From Macrostomum lignano (lineage: Eukaryota): a stretch of DNA of 64,000 bases. The position numbers and the translations under genes were made by a program. The DNA lies in assembly GCA_002269645.1 (NCBI GenBank), contig NIVC01000398.1:34572-98571 (forward strand), read 5' to 3'. The notes below the pieces were generated by a model. That model was not told the origin of the DNA. It did not search any database and worked only from the letters and a program-made list of their open reading frames with translations. Position 1 is the first letter of the stretch; every line of letters starts with the position of its first letter. Of this stretch, positions 37,158 to 51,114 are shown in pieces.

Positions 37158-37395
37158 GATGGTTGGGGGCGCCCGATGCTTGGGGGGCGCCGATGATAGT
37201 GGCGCCAATGTTATGGGCGCCGATGCTTAGAGGGCGCCGATGCTTAGGGGGCGCTGATGATAGGGGCGCCGATGATAGGAGCGCCAATGTTATGGTCGCC
37301 GGTTCTTGGGGCGCCGATGTTAAGGGCACCAATGTTAGGGGCGCCGATGCTTTCGGGGCACCGATGATAGGAGCGCCAATGTAAGACGCCAATGT
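37158..37395. repeat. Diverged ~19-bp GGCGCC-core repeat (ggcgccgatg/ggcgccaatgtta)
   Basis: About 12 irregular units. Confidence 0.8.
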
Positions 37396-37854
37396 TAGCT
37401 TTTTTAACTGGGAATGCGATGCCAGACCGTGAGACCCCATCAGGAGAGACTCCAACCGCGTGCCCATCAACCTAGCCAGCCGCTATTTTTTGTTCGGGTG
37501 AGGTCGCATTTCACGCCAGATCTGGTGAGCTGAGATGAATAAAATAAAGTGTATAAAAATAATAACAATATCATACGGCTTGTTGATTTCGGAGCCGGGT
37601 GAGGGAGTGGGCAGTCCAAATTCGAAGTCTAGCTTTGCTTAGCATTTGCCAGATTGCAATTTTCTGCTTATTTTGCAACTCAATGCTTAATTCCAGTTGC
37701 CTGAATGTTATTCAGTTCAGTGAAGCTGTGGACAGGGTGCTCTAGATGCAGGATTTGGATTGTGAAGATTGAGAAGCCTCATGGGCGCACGTCTGGACCA
37801 AGGACAACTAGAATTAGCGGTGTACGATTGTATGGTAGATACAGAGGCCGTACA

Positions 37855-38275
37855 CGGAGATAAGAGAGGGTGAGATTCAGAAATAAGAGAGGGTGAGATT
37901 CAGAGATAAGACAGGGTGAGATTCAAAAATGAGAGCGGCTGAGATTCAGAGATAGAGAGGGTGAGATTCCAAGATAAGACAGGGTGAGATTTAGAGATAA
38001 GAGAGGGTGAGATTCAGAGATAGAGAGGGTAAGATTCAAAGATAAGAGAGGGTGAGATTCAGAGATAAGAGAGGGTGAGATTCAGAGATAAGAGAGGGTA
38101 AGATTTAAAGATAAGATAGGGTGAGATTCAGAGATAAGAGAGGGTGAGATTCAGAAATAAGAGAGGGTGAGATTCAGAGATAAGACAGGGTGAGATTCAA
38201 AAATGAGAGCGGCTGAGATTCAGAGATAAGAGAGGGTGAGATTCCAAGATAAGAGAGGGTGAGATTTAGATATGA
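37855..38275. repeat. 23-bp purine-rich minisatellite (gagagggtgagattcagagataa)
   Basis: About 18 units; related to the 38.8-47.1 kb and 48 kb arrays. Confidence 0.93.
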
Positions 38276-38824
38276 GAATGAAATTCAGAAATTACAGAGA
38301 GTGCATTCAGAGAAGAGAGTTAAAATTGAAATCCAGCAGTAAGTCATATTGCACTTGAAAATAAATTGCTAAGCTTTACCAATCCAGATTTCGCATTGTT
38401 AGTGTTCCTTGGCCATAGACAATTGCGTCCTAATCTAACTGACTAAGGGGGGGAGTGGTTGCCCCCTCAGGGTCCAGTGCTTCTCACCCTCTCCCTTTCT
38501 TCCCTTCTCTATATACGCGAGCTACGCCAATTACTTACAAGATTATTGACTTTCCAAGCGTCAACGCAACTCTCTCGTCTCGGCGCAGCCAATTTCGATC
38601 TCTCTTGGGCTTGGCGACCATGGCAATAACAACCCCCCACCGCACCGCCCAATTGCCTGTGCAGCCAATTATTGGACTAATTTTTTATGCTGCCTCGGCG
38701 GCTCAAGAATAGACCCTGGTGACTGATTAGTCGAGTAAACTATATGTGAAAGTGAGTGAGGATAGAAAATATGAGTTTAGAGAATGTAAATATAGATTAG
38801 AGTGGTGCATATACTGTAGATACA

Positions 38825-41800
38825 GATATATGAGAGAGTAGATTCAGAGATAAGAGAGAGTAGATTCAGAGATAAGAGAGAGTAGATTCAGAGATAAGAG
38901 AGAATAGCTACAGAGATAAGAGAGAGTAGATTCAGACATAAGAGAGAGTAGATTCAGAGATAAGAGAGAGTAGATTCAGAGATAAGAGAGAGTAGATTCA
39001 GAGATAAGAGAGAATAGCTACAGAGATAAGAGAGAGTAGATTCAGACATAAGAGAGAGTAGATTCAGAGATAAGAGAGAGTAGATTCAGAGATAAGAGAG
39101 TAGATTCAGAGATAAGAGAGAGTATATGTAGAGATAAGAGAGAGTAGATTCAGAGATAAGAGAAAGTAGATACAGAGATAAGAGAGAGTAGATACAGAGA
39201 TAAGAGAGAGTAGATACAGAGATAAGAGAGAGTAGATACAGAAATAAGAGAGAGTATATGCAGAGATAAGAGAGAGTAGATACAGAGATAAGAGAGAGTA
39301 GATACAGAGATAAGAGAGAGTAGATACAGAGATAAGAGAGAGTAGATACAGAGATAAGAGAGAGTAGATACAGAGATAAGAGAGAGTATATGCAGAGATA
39401 AGAGAGAGTAGATACAGAGATAAGAGAAAGTAGATACAGAGATAAGAGAGAGTAGATACAGAGATAAGAGAGAGTAGATACAGAGATAAGAGAAAGTAGA
39501 TACAGAGATAAGAGAGAGTAGATACAGAGATAAGAGAGAGTAGATACAGAGATAAGAGAGAGTATATGCAGAGATAAGAGAGAGTAGATACAGAGATAAG
39601 AGAGAGTAGATACAGAGATAAGAGAGAGTAGATACAGAGATAAGAGAGAGTATATACAGAGATAAGAGAGAGTCTATGCAGAGATAAGAGAGAGAGTATA
39701 TGCAGAGATAAGAGAGAGAGTATATGCAGAGATAAGAGAGAGTATATGCAGAGATAAGGGAGAGTATATGCAGAGATAAGAGATAGTATATGCAGAGATA
39801 GGAGACAGTAGATTCAGAGATAAGAGAGAGTAGATTCAGAGATAAGAGAGAGTAGATACAGAGATAATAGAGAGTATATGCAGAGATAAGAGAGAGTAGA
39901 TACAGAGATAAGAGAAAGTAGATACAGAGATAAGAGAGAGTAGATACAGAGATAAGAGAGAGTAGATACAGAGATAAGAGAGAGTAGATACAGAGATAAG
40001 AGAAAGTAGATACAGAGATAAGAGAGAGTAGATACAGAGATAAGAGAGAGTAGATACAGAGATAAGAGAGAGTAGATACAGAGATAAGAGAGAGTATATG
40101 CAGAGATAAGAGAGAGTAGATACAGAGATAAGAGAGAGTAGATACAGAGATAAGAGAGAGTAGATACAGAGATAAGAGAGAGTATATACAGAGATAAGAG
40201 AGAGTCTATGCAGAGATAAGAGAGAGAGTATATGCAGAGATAAGAGAGAGAGTATATGCAGAGATAAGAGAGAGTATATGCAGAGATAAGGGAGAGTATA
40301 TGCAGAGATAAGAGATAGTATATGCAGAGATAGGAGACAGTAGATTCAGAGATAAGAGAGAGTAGATTCAGAGATAAGAGAGTGTAGATTCAGAGGTAAG
40401 AGAGAATAGCTACAGAGATAAGAGAGAGTAGATTCAGACATAAGAGAGAGTAGATTCAGAGATAAGAGAGAGTAGATTCAGAGATAAGAGAGAGTAGATT
40501 CAGAGATAAGAGAGAGTAGATTCAGAGATAAGAGAGAGTAGACTCAGAGTTAAGAGAGAGTAGATTCAGAGATAAGAGAGAGTATATGTAGAGATAAGAG
40601 AGAGTAGATTCAGAGATAAGAGAAAGTAGATACAGAGATAAGAGAGAGTAGATACAGAGATAAGAGAGAGTAGATACAGAGATAAGAGAGAGTATATGCA
40701 GAGATAAGAGAGAGTAGATTCAGAGATAAGAGAAAGTAGATACAGAGATAAGAGAGAGTAGACTCAGAGTTAAGAGAGAGTAGATTCAGAGATAAGAGAG
40801 AGTATATGTAGAGATAAGAGAGAGTAGATTTAGAGATAAGAGAAAGTAGATACAGAGATAAGAGAGAGTAGATACAGAGATAAGAGAGAGTAGATACAGA
40901 GATAAGAGAGAGTATATGCAGAGATAAGAGAGAGTAGATACAGAGATAAGAGAGAGTATATGCAGAGATAAGAGAGAGTAGATACAGAGATAAGAGAGAG
41001 TATATGCAGAGATAAGAGAGAGTAGATACAGAGATAAGAGAGAGTCTATGCAGAGACAAGAGAGAGAGTATATGCAGAGATAAGAGAGAGAGTATATGCA
41101 GAGATAAGAGAGAGAGTATATGCAGAGATAAGAGATAGTATATGCAGAGATAAGGGAGAGTATATGCAGAGATAAGGGAGAGTATATGCAGAGATAAGAG
41201 AGAGTATATGCAGAGATAAGGGAGAGTATATGCAGAGATAAGAGAGAGTATATGCAGAGATAAGAGAGAGTATATGCAGAGATAAGAGAGAGTATATTCA
41301 GAGATAAGAGAGAGTATGTGCAGAGATAAGAGAGAATATGTGCAGAGATAAGAGAGAGTATATTCAGAGATAAGAGAGAGAGTATATGCAGAGATAAGAG
41401 AGAGTATATGCAGAGATAAGAGAGAGTAGATGCAGAGATAAGAGAGAGTATATGCAGAGATAAGAGAGAGTATATGCAGAGATAAGAGAGAGTAGATGCA
41501 GAGATAAGAGAGAGTAGATTCAGAGATAAGAGAGAGTAGATGCAGAGATAAGAGAGAGTATATGCAGAGATAAGAGAGAGTAGATACAGAGATAAGAGAG
41601 AGTATATGCAGAGATAAGAGAGAGAGTATATGCAGAGATAAGAGAGAGAGTATATGCAGAGATAAGAGAGAGTATATGCAGAGATAAGGGAGAGTATGTG
41701 CAGAGATAAGAGAGAGTATATGCAGAGATAAGAGAGAGTATATGCAGAGATAAGAGAGAGAGTATATGCAGAGATAAGAGAGAGAGCATATGCAGAGATA

Positions 41801-44800
41801 AGAGAGAGTATATGCAGAGATAAGAGAGAGTATATGCAGAGATAAGAGAGAGTAGATTCAGAGATAAGAGAGAGTATGTGCAGAGATAAGAGAGAGTATG
41901 TGCAGAGATAAGAGAGAGTATATTCAGAGATAAGAGAGAGAGTATATGCAGAGATAAGAGAGAGTATATGCAGAGATAAGAGAGAGTAGATGCAGAGATA
42001 AGAGAGAGTATATGCAGAGATAAGAGAGAGTATATGCAGAGATAAGAGAGAGTCTATGCAGAGATAAGAGAGAGTAGATTCAGAGATAAGAGAGAGTAGA
42101 TGCAGAGATAAGAGAGAGTATATGCAGAGATAAGAGAGAGTAGATACAGAGATAAGAGAGAGTATATGCAGAGATAAGAGAGAGAGTATATGCAGAGATA
42201 AGAGAGAGAGTATATGCAGAGATAAGAGATAGTATATGCAGAGATAAGGGAGAGTATATGCAGAGATAAGGGAGAGTATATGCAGAGATAAGAGAGAGTA
42301 TATGCAGAGATAAGGGAGAGTATATGCAGAGATAGGAGAGAGTATATGCAGAGATAAGAGAGAGTATATGCAGAGATAAGAGAGAGTAGATGCAGAGATA
42401 AGAGAGAGTATATGCAGAGATAAGAGAGAGTAGATTCAGAGATAAGAGAGAGTAGATTCAGAGATAAGAGAGAGTAGATTCAGAGATAAGAGAGAGTAGA
42501 TTCAGAGATAAGAGAGAGTATATGCAGAGATAAGAGAGAGTCTATGCAGAGATAAGAGAGAGTAGATTCAGAGATAAGAGAGAGTAGATTCAGAGATAAG
42601 AGAGAGTATATGCAGAGATAAGAGAGAGTAGATTCAGAGATAAGAGAGAGAGTATATGCAGAGATAAGAGAGAGTAGATTCAGAGATAAGAGAGAGAGTA
42701 TATGCAGAGATAAGAGAGAGTAGATTCAGAGATAAGAGAGAGTATATGCAGAGATAAGAGAGAGTATGTGCAGAGATAAGAGAGAGTAGATTCAGAGATA
42801 AGAGAGAGTATATGCAGAGATAAGAGAGAGTATGTGCAGAGATAAGAGAGAGTATGTGCAGAGATAAGAGAGAGTATATGCAGAGATAAGAGAGAGTAGA
42901 TGCAGAGATAAGAGAGAGTATATGCAGAGATAAGAGAGAGTAGATTCAGAGATAAGAGAGAGTAGATTCAGAGATAAGAGAGAGTAGATTCAGAGATAAG
43001 AGAGAGTAGATTCAGAGATAAGAGAGAGTATATGCAGAGATAAGAGAGAGTAGATTCAGAGATAAGAGAGAGAGTATATGCAGAGATAAGAGAGAGTAGA
43101 TTCAGAGATAAGAGAGAGTATATGCAGAGATAAGAGAGAGTATGTGCAGAGATAAGAGAGAGTAGATTCAGAGATAAGAGAGAGTATATGCAGAGATAAG
43201 AGAGAGTATGTGCAGAGATAAGAGAGAGTATGTGCAGAGATAAGAGAGAGTATATTCAGAGATAAGAGAGAGAGTATATGCAGAGATAAGAGAGAGTATA
43301 TGCAGAGATAAGAGAGAGTAGATGCAGAGATAAGAGAGAGTATATGCAGAGATAAGAGAGAGTATATTCAGAGATAAGAGAGAGAGTATATGCAGAGATA
43401 AGAGAGAGTATATGCAGAGATAAGAGAGAGTAGATGCAGAGATAAGAGAGAGTATATGCAGAGATAAGAGAGAGTATATGCAGAGATAAGAGAGAGTAGA
43501 TTCAGAGATAAGAGAGAGTAGATTCAGAGGTAAGAGAGAATAGCTACAGAGATAAGAGAGAGTAGATTCAGACATAAGAGAGAGTAGATTCAGAGATAAG
43601 AGAGAGTAGATTCAGAGATAAGAGAGAGTAGATTCAGAGATAAGAGAGAGTAGATTCAGAGATAAGAGAGAGTAGACTCAGAGTTAAGAGAGAGTAGATT
43701 CAGAGATAAGAGAGAGTATATGTAGAGATAAGAGAGAGTAGATTCAGAGATAAGAGAAAGTAGATACAGAGATAAGAGAGAGTAGATACAGAGATAAGAG
43801 AGAGTAGATACAGAGATAAGAGAGAGTATATGCAGAGATAAGAGAGAGTAGATTCAGAGATAAGAGAAAGTAGATACAGAGATAAGAGAGAGTAGACTCA
43901 GAGTAAGAGAGAGTAGATTCAGAGATAAGAGAGAGTATATGTAGAGATAAGAGAGAGTAGATTTAGAGATAAGAGAAAGTAGATACAGAGATAAGAGAGA
44001 GTAGATACAGAGATAAGAGAGAGTAGATACAGAGATAAGAGAGAGTATATGCAGAGATAAGAGAGAGTAGATACAGAGATAAGAGAGAGTATATGCAGAG
44101 ATAAGAGAGAGTAGATACAGAGATAAGAGAGAGTATATGCAGAGATAAGAGAGAGTAGATACAGAGATAAGAGAGAGTCTATGCAGAGATAAGAGAGAGA
44201 GTATATGCAGAGATAAGAGAGAGAGTATATGCAGAGATAAGAGAGAGAGTATATGCAGAGATAAGAGATAGTATATGCAGAGATAAGGGAGAGTATATGC
44301 AGAGATAAGGGAGAGTATATGCAGAGATAAGAGAGAGTATATGCAGAGATAAGGGAGAGTATATGCAGAGATAAGAGAGAGTATATGCAGAGATAAGAGA
44401 GAGTATATGCAGAGATAAGAGAGAGTATATTCAGAGATAAGAGAGAGTATGTGCAGAGATAAGAGAGAATATGTGCAGAGATAAGAGAGAGTATATGCAG
44501 AGATAAGAGAGAGAGTATATGCAGAGATAAGAGAGAGTATATGCAGAGATAAGAGAGAGTAGATGCAGAGATAAGAGAGAGTATATGCAGAGATAAGAGA
44601 GAGTATATGCAGAGATAAGAGAGAGTAGATGCAGAGATAAGAGAGAGTAGATTCAGAGATAAGAGAGAGTAGATGCAGAGATAAGAGAGAGTATATGCAG
44701 AGATAAGAGAGAGTAGATACAGAGATAAGAGAGAGTATATGCAGAGATAAGAGAGAGAGTATATGCAGAGATAAGAGAGAGAGTATATGCAGAGATAAGA

Positions 44801-47070
44801 GAGAGTATATGCAGAGATAAGGAGAGTATGTGCAGAGATAAGAGAGAGTATATGCAGAGATAAGAGAGAGTATATGCAGAGATAAGAGAGAGAGTATATG
44901 CAGAGATAAGAGAGAGAGCATATGCAGAGATAAGGGAGAGTAGATTCAGAGATAAGAGAGAGTAGATGCAGAGATAAGAGAGAGTAGATTCAGAGATAAG
45001 AGAGAGCATATGCAGAGATAAGGGAGAGTAGATTCAGAGATAAGGGAGAGTAGATTCAGAGATAAGAGAGAGTATATGCAGAGATAAGAGAGAGTATATG
45101 CAGAGATAAGAGAGAGTATATGCAGAGATAAGAGAGAGTATATTCAGAGATAAGAGAGAGTATGTGCAGAGATAAGAGAGAATATGTGCAGAGATAAGAG
45201 AGAGTATATTCAGAGATAAGAGAGAGAGTATATGCAGAGATAAGAGAGAGTATATGCAGAGATAAGAGAGAGTAGATGCAGAGATAAGAGAGAGTATATG
45301 CAGAGATAAGAGAGAGTAGATTCAGAGATAAGAGAGAGTATATGCAGAGATAAGAGAGAGTATATGCAGAGATAAGAGAGAGTATATGCAGAGATAAGAG
45401 AGAGTATATGCAGAGATAAGAGAGAGTATATGCAGAGATAAGAGAGAGTAGATGCAGAGATAAGAGAGAGTATATGCAGAGATAAGAGAGAGTATATGCA
45501 GAGATAAGAGAGAGTCTATGCAGAGATAAGAGAGAGTAGATTCAGAGATAAGAGAGAGTAGATGCAGAGATAAGAGAGAGTATATGCAGAGATAAGAGAG
45601 AGTAGATTCAGAGATAAGAGAGAGTCTATGCAGAGATAAGAGAGAGTAGATACAGAGATAAGAGAGAGTATATGCAGAGATAAGAGAGAGAGTATATGCA
45701 GAGATAAGAGAGAGTAGATACAGAGATAAGAGAGAGTATATGCAGAGATAAGAGAGAGAGTATATGCAGAGATAAGAGAGAGTAGATGCAGAGATAAGAG
45801 AGAGTAGATGCAGAGATAAGAGAGAGTATATGCAGAGATAAGAGAGAGTATATGCAGAGATAAGAGAGAGTATATGCAGAGATAAGGGAGAGTATATGCA
45901 GAGATAAGGGAGAGTATATGCAGAGATAAGAGAGAGTATATGCAGAGATAAGAGAGAGTATATGCAGAGATAAGAGAGAGTATATGCAGAGATAAGAGAG
46001 AGTATATGCAGAGATAAGAGAGAGTATATGCAGAGATAAGAGAGAGTATATGCAGAGATAAGAGAGAGTAGATTCAGAGATAAGAGAGAGTAGATTCAGA
46101 GATAAGAGAGAGTAGATTCAGAGATAAGAGAGAGTAGATTCAGAGATAAGAGAGAGTAGATTCAGAGATAAGAGAGAGTCTATGCAGAGATAAGAGAGAG
46201 TAGATTCAGAGATAAGAGAGAGTAGATTCAGAGATAAGAGAGAGTATATGCAGAGATAAGAGAGAGTAGATTCAGAGATAAGAGAGAGTATATGCAGAGA
46301 TAAGAGAGAGTATATGCAGAGATAAGAGAGAGTATGTGCAGAGATAAGAGAGAGTATGTGCAGAGATAAGAGAGAGTATATGCAGAGATAAGAGAGAGTA
46401 GATGCAGAGATAAGAGAGAGTATATGCAGAGATAAGAGAGAGTAGATTCAGAGATAAGAGAGAGTAGATTCAGAGATAAGAGAGAGTAGATTCAGAGATA
46501 AGAGAGAGTAGATTCAGAGATAAGAGAGAGAGTATATGCAGAGATAAGAGAGAGTAGATTCAGAGATAAGAGAGAGAGTATATGCAGAGATAAGAGAGAG
46601 TAGATTCAGAGATAAGAGAGAGTATATGCAGAGATAAGAGAGAGTATGTGCAGAGATAAGAGAGAGTAGATGCAGAGATAAGAGAGAGTATATGCAGAGA
46701 TAAGAGAGAGTATATGCAGAGATAAGAGAGAGTAGATACAGAGATAAGAGAGAGTATATGCAGAGATAAGAGAGAGAGTATATGCAGAGATAAGAGAGAG
46801 TATATGCAGAGATAAGAGAGAGTAGATGCAGAGATAAGAGAGAGTATATGCAGAGATAAGAGAGAGTATATGCAGAGATAAGAGAGAGAGTATATGCAGA
46901 GATAAGAGAGAGTATATGCAGAGATAAGAGAGAGTAGATGCAGAGATAAGAGAGAGTATATGCAGAGATAAGAGAGAGTATATGCAGAGATAAGAGAGAG
47001 TATATGCAGAGATAAGAGAGAGTAGATTCAGAGATAAGAGAGAGTAGTAGATACAGAGATAAGAGAGAAC
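38825..47070. repeat. 8.2-kb 22-bp purine-rich satellite (gagagagtagattcagagataa and TATG/GATA/GATG variants) with higher-order structure
   Basis: About 370 units by length; rare variants recur at 3134-bp spacing. Confidence 0.99.
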
Positions 47071-47600
47071 AGACACCTAAGAGACAGAGAGTAAACACAG
47101 AGAGAAAGCCATCAATCCAGATTGCAGCATACAATTTGCATAAATCTGATCGATTCCAAAAAGCTGATCGATCGAAAAGCGAAATTAAAAATGTTAAAAT
47201 TAGAATCCGAAGCAGTAGAGAAAGTTGCATCTAAAATACAGTGACAGTTTTGCAGGGCCAAGGTGTATTAGTATCGAATCTTCTATTCTAGAGCTTTCTT
47301 CCTGTCACATAAGACAAGTATTGAATTTCTTCAGTTCCTCTTGTGAAATCACTGTCCCTTACATGTATAATGATCCTAACTTAATATGCGCCAAAAGCAT
47401 TGGTTGTCAGCTTCAATTTGGAATTTCTAATATGGTCCCGACGGTCATGGACTGCTAGACGTCCTGTGTTCAGATACACATAGCAGTTGAGCTTTTCCAA
47501 TCCAGTTTCTATACTTCTTTAACAGTCCTTGTTCTGAGCCGCTGGACCCCGCCTCCCTGTGTCCGCCTCGCTAATCACGGCATGCGTTCCCTCCATCCTC

Positions 47601-47605
47601 CTCTC

Positions 47606-47663
<58 letters not shown>
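47601..47663. repeat. (CT)n microsatellite
   Basis: Direct reading. Confidence 0.97.
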
Positions 47664-47665
<2 letters not shown>

Positions 47666-47959
47666 GCTTTACATCGCCTCGAGCAATCTATTGTTCGATT
47701 AACTGTCCAGCTCTGCTTTCATGCTAGTTTCGGGGTCTCTGGTGGCTGGCTCCCAATCCATGGGGGGATATCATGTTAGCTATTGGATAGGATAGGTTGG
47801 GGATTGATGGGTTATCCTCTTCTTGTAGCTTTCGCTGTCTCTAACTCTCGACTGTGGATTCTGTTGCATTTGTGTTTCTTTTCCTATATGACTAGCCTAA
47901 GATTCTATGTGTGAATCTCTGACTCCTATCAGCCGTTGTCTCACCTTGTCAATATAAAT

Positions 47960-48370
47960 GGATCTCACCTTTATTTTAGTGAATCTCACCCTATTTAAGT
48001 GAATCTCACCCTGCCTGAATTAGTCTCACGCTATTTGAGCGAATCTCACCCGTTTGAGTGAATCTCACCCGCCTGAGTGAATCTCACCCCATCTGAGTGA
48101 ATCCCACCCGCCTGAGTGAATCTCACTCTTATTTCAGTGAATCTCACCCTGTATGAGTGAATCTCACCCTTATTAGAGTGAATCTCACCCTATCTGAGTG
48201 AATCCTACCCCATCTGAGTGAATCTCACCCTATCTGAGCGAATCTCACTTTTTTTGAGTGAATCTCACCCTATCTGAGTGAGTCTCACCTTATTTGAATG
48301 GGTCTCGCCTTATTTGAGTGAATCTCAATCTTATTTGAGTGAATCTCACCCTGTCTGAGTGAATCCCACC
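47960..48370. repeat. 20-bp minisatellite (gagtgaatctcaccctatct), inverted relative of the 37.9-kb array
   Basis: Reverse complement agatagggtgagattcactc shares gggtgagattca with the 23-bp unit. Confidence 0.9.
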
Positions 48371-49175
48371 TGTCTACCTATGGCTTCAAAATCTTCCTTA
48401 ATCCGATGATGTCTTGCGGTGAAGTTCAGCAATAAAAAAGTTCTGCAAGCGAGGTGAAGCAGACAGGTGCTGCAATGCCACACTCGAGCCCGGCTGCTTG
48501 CTCACAAAAAGAATATTTACTACCCATATATTAGGATGCTCAAGAACTGACACTCACGAAAATCTCCTCATTGATGGGATCTCGTCAGCTTTGCAAACAA
48601 CACTCCCCATTATCCATTGTCCCATTGTCAATCACAAAGACCAGCCTTGGGGCACCCTTCTCCTAAAAGAATTTGTTGCAGAAATGCAAAAGAAGGCGCT
48701 GCTCTTTTGAATTATTTTCCATAGATTCTTGAAATTCTTACTTAGATAACTTTTTTAGTCGCGCGAGATTTTCGACAGATGCATGGGGGATTCTGTTAGG
48801 TAAAAAATCCTTTCATTTTGTCTTTGTTAAAAAAGGTGTGAATTTTTATCCCATTGCCCAGCAGCAGGGGACACCTGCAACAAAAAATAGGAATTAGATC
48901 ACACAGGTGGTTATTCCATTAACATTGCAGGGGTGCTTTTCATTCCATGCCAACTGTTTGATATTCATAGCTCTCGTATATTGTCAAGCTGTAATTAGCT
49001 CGGTGTAAGATTCGCTATGGGTGGCCTCGACTTTAGATGATATCCCTTGGTGTAAATATGTAAATAATTGATTTTTTAGCATCTGGCAGTTAGAATTGAA
49101 CTAATGTATATGTATGCAACCTCATCTTCAAAATTTGAACTTTCAGTCAGTTCTACTAAAACTGAAACACGTTAT

Positions 49176-49733
49176 CCGTGAACAGAGATCTTTCCCGTGA
49201 ACAGAGATCTTTCCCGGGAACAGAGATCTTTCCCGTGAACAGAGATCCAATTCCCGTGAACAGAGATCCCAAATTCCCGTGAACAGAGATCCCAATTCCC
49301 GTGAACAGAGATCCCAATTCCCGTGAACAGAGATCTTTCCCGGAACAGAGATCTTTCCCGGGAACAGAGATCTTTCCCGTGAACAGAGATTTCAATTCCC
49401 GTGAACAGAGATCCCAATTCCGTGAACAGAGATTTCAATTCCCGTGAACAGAGATCCCAATTCCCGTGAACAGAGATCCCAATTCCTGTGAACAGAGATC
49501 CCAATACCCGTGAACAGAGATCCCAATTCCCGTGAACAGAGATCCCAATACCCGTGAACAGAGATCCCAATTCCCGTGAACAGAGATCCCAATACCCGTG
49601 AACAGAGATCCCAATACCCGTGAACAGAGATCCCAATACCCGTAAACAGAGATCTTTACCGTGAACAGAGATCCCGATTCCCGTGAACAGAGATCCCGAT
49701 TCCCGTGAACAGAGATCCCAATTCCCGTGGAAC
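49176..49733. repeat. 22-bp minisatellite (ttcccgtgaacagagatcccaa)
   Basis: About 26 units. Confidence 0.96.
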
Positions 49734-50304
49734 AATGACCCTTAGTTCTGTCTCCTTAGCTACTGAAGGTGCAGAATGTTTTTTAAATCAGGAAAAATTG
49801 TTTTCTCAAAATCTAGTGCGATCAACTTCAACTTCCTGACAATTAGACAATTACATCCGCAATCACAATGGGATTACATTGTGCTAATTTATTTAAAATC
49901 AGCTCTACCATTAAGGCACAAGGCAGAGTGACCTCACTCACCTCCCAAACAGCATCAAGGGATGAAGCGCACACGGCTAAGTAGATTAAAACATTTGCTT
50001 GATTACAGAGAGTAAATCCCATTATTTAGGATTCAATTTGCCTTTCTCTTTTCTCTCTCCTTTGCTGATATCAAAAGGTTGTCTTTGAGTTCTGCAAGAT
50101 CACCCAGATTCATATCTTAGATAGGAGAAGAATTTCGATTATGAGTAAGCGCAATATGACGGAGTTTTTTTGTTGCCATACGCTGCAACAAACACATGTC
50201 AGGGCAGAGGGTCTCTTTCCTGCTCCAAAGAAGTTCTGGCGAAGTCGGCGGTTGCAAGTTTGACACTTTTTGTCGTGACCGACGCCTTCTGAGTGGGTAA
50301 CCAT

Positions 50305-50628
50305 TCCTGACAACCAATATGGCTCCCCTGACAACCAATATGGCACCCCTAACAACCAATATGGCGCACCTGACAACCAATATGGCCCCCCTAACAACCA
50401 ATATGGCCCCCCTAACAACCAATATGGCTCCCCTGACAACCAATATGGCGCCACTGACAACCAATATGGCTCCCCTGACAACCAATATGGCACCCCTAAC
50501 AACCAATATGGCGCACCTGACAACCAATATGGCCCCCCTAACAACCAATATGGCTCCCCTGACAACCAATATGGCGCCCCTGACAACCAATATGGCTCCC
50601 CTGACAACCAATATGGCGCCCCTGACAA
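50305..50628. repeat. 21-bp minisatellite (cctgacaaccaatatggctcc)
   Basis: About 15 units. Confidence 0.96.
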
Positions 50629-51114
50629 AGTGGCACTCAACTTGTTCGAGTCCATCAACTACTATTACACAGTGAACTGCTCATCTTTTATACAGTATAG
50701 CTCGTAGCTACTAAATAAGGCGGCTGCAGCATCAGCAATCTCAGCCAGAAATCGGGATCTCCATCTTCCCCCAAGGCTAGGGATTTGGCGCATGCAGGTT
50801 TTGCTGGGATCTCAACTCTCCCTCTTCCCTATTCGAAGATAGACAGGCAGTCTCCAAATAAACTTTAATCCTTTCTTGTACCGACTGGATCGAGTCCTGT
50901 GTCTTTCACCCACTCAAACTCTGTGAGTCTGCCACTTGTCTTTTCTCCCCAATCCCAATCCTTCATCTTTCGCTGGAGATGTAGCCATGTGCTGAGGCGG
51001 ATTATCTCCACTTTTCTCAACGACAAAAAAATCTCAAAAATCTCTGCGTCCAGGGACCGCTGAAAAACTGGACGGGAGAGTAGAGAAGCCAAACTATGTA
51101 ACTATCAACATCTT

